From contig JBHGNT010000002.1 of assembly GCA_043228905.1 (NCBI GenBank), forward strand, positions 2,046,001-2,110,000: a stretch of DNA of 64,000 nucleotides, read 5' to 3'. The translations under genes were made by a program, and so were the position numbers. The notes beneath the pieces were generated by a model. That model searched no databases and was not told the origin of the DNA. It worked only from the letters and a program-made list of their open reading frames with translations. This document shows, one piece after another, positions 61,549-64,000 of this stretch (position 1 is its first letter; each line of letters begins with the position of its first letter). The stretch is from Azolla caroliniana. Lineage: Eukaryota; Plantae; Polypodiophyta.

Positions 61549-64000
61549 TCACACTTCTTGAAGTGTGATGCTCAAATCCTGGGCTGACCTCCCAATATCA
61601 CCTGTTCTCCTGTTGTAAATCATCAATAAACTTATCAACGAACAAATGTCACAAGACAAACAATCCTTCCAAATTATCAATCTCTTATGTTGCCAACAAG
61701 ATTTTACCTTAAAAGTGGAGTTAGACTTTGCATTATGCTCTGTAATTCCACATAACATACATTGCATCGCTCGATCCTGAGAGTGAACCATAAAAAAACT
61801 TCAAATCACTTCAATAAGTAGCTGAACTGAATAATAATTTATTAAACAGTATCAAACTAATACAGATAATGAGCAATTAGTCAAATATACACAGAAAAAT
61901 GGGCACCTTTCTTCTGCATGAATATCAACACCAAAGGATGGTGATGCAGTACGAGTAGAATGAATAATCTGTCCAAAGTTCTTAACAAGCACGGATATGA
62001 CAGCCAATGCAGTGCTCAAATATCTGGAGAACCTCTCATTTAATTCACATAACAGAATTAATAAGCCTTATCTTAATGTGAATAACTAGAAATTCATCTT
62101 AATGTGACTAAGTAGAAATAATAAACTTTATCTTGACCTTACCTGTCCAAATTACTGCTTAGGAGCCCATTCAACAATGGCAAGAGCAAGGTACATGCTT
62201 CTAGAGTAAACACTTCGCTCCTCTCTACTAAACAACTAAGTACATCTACAAGAACCTGATTGAACAATAGGAAAATGAAAGCGACCACATCAGTTATGCT
62301 TCTTATCTTGTTAAAATTATGTAAATACGAATGGAACGTTTTAACGGAAATACCCACAGAATGATCTGCCATCTTAGCCATTGCCTCCACTGCACCTTTC
62401 AAATCATTCTTTGTCCAGAATCGCCTTATAATCTGCAAGAATTCAAAACTTTGTAAATCACCATTATGGAAGACCAATCTTTTGCTTTTCCAGTACACAT
62501 TCTCAGGACATATCATTTTCAATTTCGTCCTCCCTCCAGGCCTCCCTGTCTTACCGTTATTTAAAAGCTTAGACTTCAATTGTATTGTAATAATGATTGT
62601 ATATCAGTTTCCGGTACAAGAAAAGGATGGGTATAATGCAGGATATGAACTAGCTACAAACTGGAATGAGATAATAAAAAATACAAAACACCACAAAAAA
62701 TGACTAATGTATAAAAAGCTCATGCTTCAGCTAGTACAAACTTCATAATGGACTTACGCATCACATGGACAGAAGGATACTATGAAAACGTCCAGAAGGA
62801 GATGCAGGCTTTCACAGAACTAAATCCTTCTCAGATAGACGAAGGTGAAAGGAATGTCTCTATACCCAAGCTCCGTCCATCAAACATAATGAATTGGAAC
62901 CTAAACGCGGGAATTGTACCATGTTTAGGATATTTTTGACAATTGATGGATTCCTCATATATGAAACGTGGTCATATATATCGCTCATTTGCTTAAACAT
63001 TCTTTTATTTTTTGGCATGGTTAGGTATAACACTTATTTAAACAGAAACTCAACATGCATCTACTCGAACTAATTATAATCCAAAATGATTCATTGAGGC
63101 ATTATTTTGAATTGACGTGCTCCAGACACAGCCCAGCTGAAAGCTTCTCTTATTGGGGACGGGAGATTACCCTACATAGAATCCACACTCTACAGATGAT
63201 TGCTTGCTCACAAGTTGAGAATCATTGTCTTTCAGATGCATCTTTCACCGTTCCTCAAACTTTCACAGAACACAAATAGACCTTTCGGGGAAGGTCTGCA
63301 TTTCCAAAGCAATTTTAAAAGTACAGTAGCTAGAGCATGCACAAACCTGTAATTTCATGAATCTTGATTGCATTGTAATCACAAAGGAACTGTGCGGTTG
63401 CATTAACTGCTCTACAATATCACTGTCGTTTCCAATCATAATTGAGGATCCTTCCATGATGCCCTGGGTTCCTTTCTGATATACCACAGAATATAACATT
63501 ATGCTAAGAGGCATGAAGAGAACTTGAGATTTCATAGAGATTTTATTATTTTTTCATAATTGATTTATAGCTCTGAAATTTTTCAAAGGCTATAGCTAAG
63601 TCTCCCATGAGAGATTACATTAAAAAAGGTCATAAAAATCTAAGACTATAAATGCACTTCAGAAGATGCAGAACATCAAGCCTACGATTTGTTACATGTT
63701 CACTACAATGGGAGCCAAAATCGGTAAACAAGGAAAGGAATTATATTATCATTCATATCATTATGTTCAAAAGAAAGTTATGCAGGGGGAAATATTTATT
63801 TATGTCATTATTTCAGTCTGCAATTAGAAGCCTAGGAGTACTCATGTTAAGAGCAGATGATCTCACCCCATGTCCAGCAGGCATGTATATCATATCTACC
63901 GTTTCCTTCTTATCATATCCACTTGCCACAGAACGACGTCCAGATTCTATTGCACCTGAACACCACACCTAGTCATCATCTATGCTTTTCTTGAAATACG
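61549..64000 (-). CDS. KTN80: katanin p80 WD40 subunit B1 homolog, C-terminal exons (~64000-63841, 63474-63347, 62432-62355, 62254-62143, 62023-61907, 61777-61708, 61610-61549); gene runs off the window
   Basis: Katanin con80 domain: DIVEQLMQPHSSFVITMQSRFMKLQ|IIRRFWTKNDLKGAVEAMAKMADHS|VLVDVL...FTLEACTLLLPLLNGLLSS, SFGVDIHAEER, ERCNVCYVEL, RRTGDIGRSAQDLSITLQEV*. Confidence 0.88.

Overview
AT-rich, intron-containing land-plant nuclear DNA. The PLS-PPR style and LINE content suggest a fern, but that is inference only. There is one 100-N scaffold gap at 18267-18366. Host genes rebuilt from splice sites, in order: (1) the 3' part of a RING-HC transmembrane E3 ligase gene (+), whose intron holds a near-complete, decayed Ty1/copia element with a 5-bp TSD; (2) a BTB/POZ-BACK (POB1/LRB-like) pseudogene; (3) a MIKC MADS-box gene (-) with I, K and C exons present and the MADS exon not visible; (4) a DCD-Kelch gene (+) whose ~14-kb first intron contains a same-strand intronless 617-aa PLS-class PPR ORF, stacked LINE 3' ends, a Mutator-type MITE, a copia remnant and a solo LTR; (5) an EngB/YihA GTPase gene (-) divergent from (6) a LETM1-like gene (+) with GC-AG introns; and (7) the 3' end of a katanin p80 gene (-). 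The most notable feature is the nested PPR. It has no evident targeting peptide, sits just downstream of a LINE tail, and has an AG that is phase-compatible with DCD exon 1.
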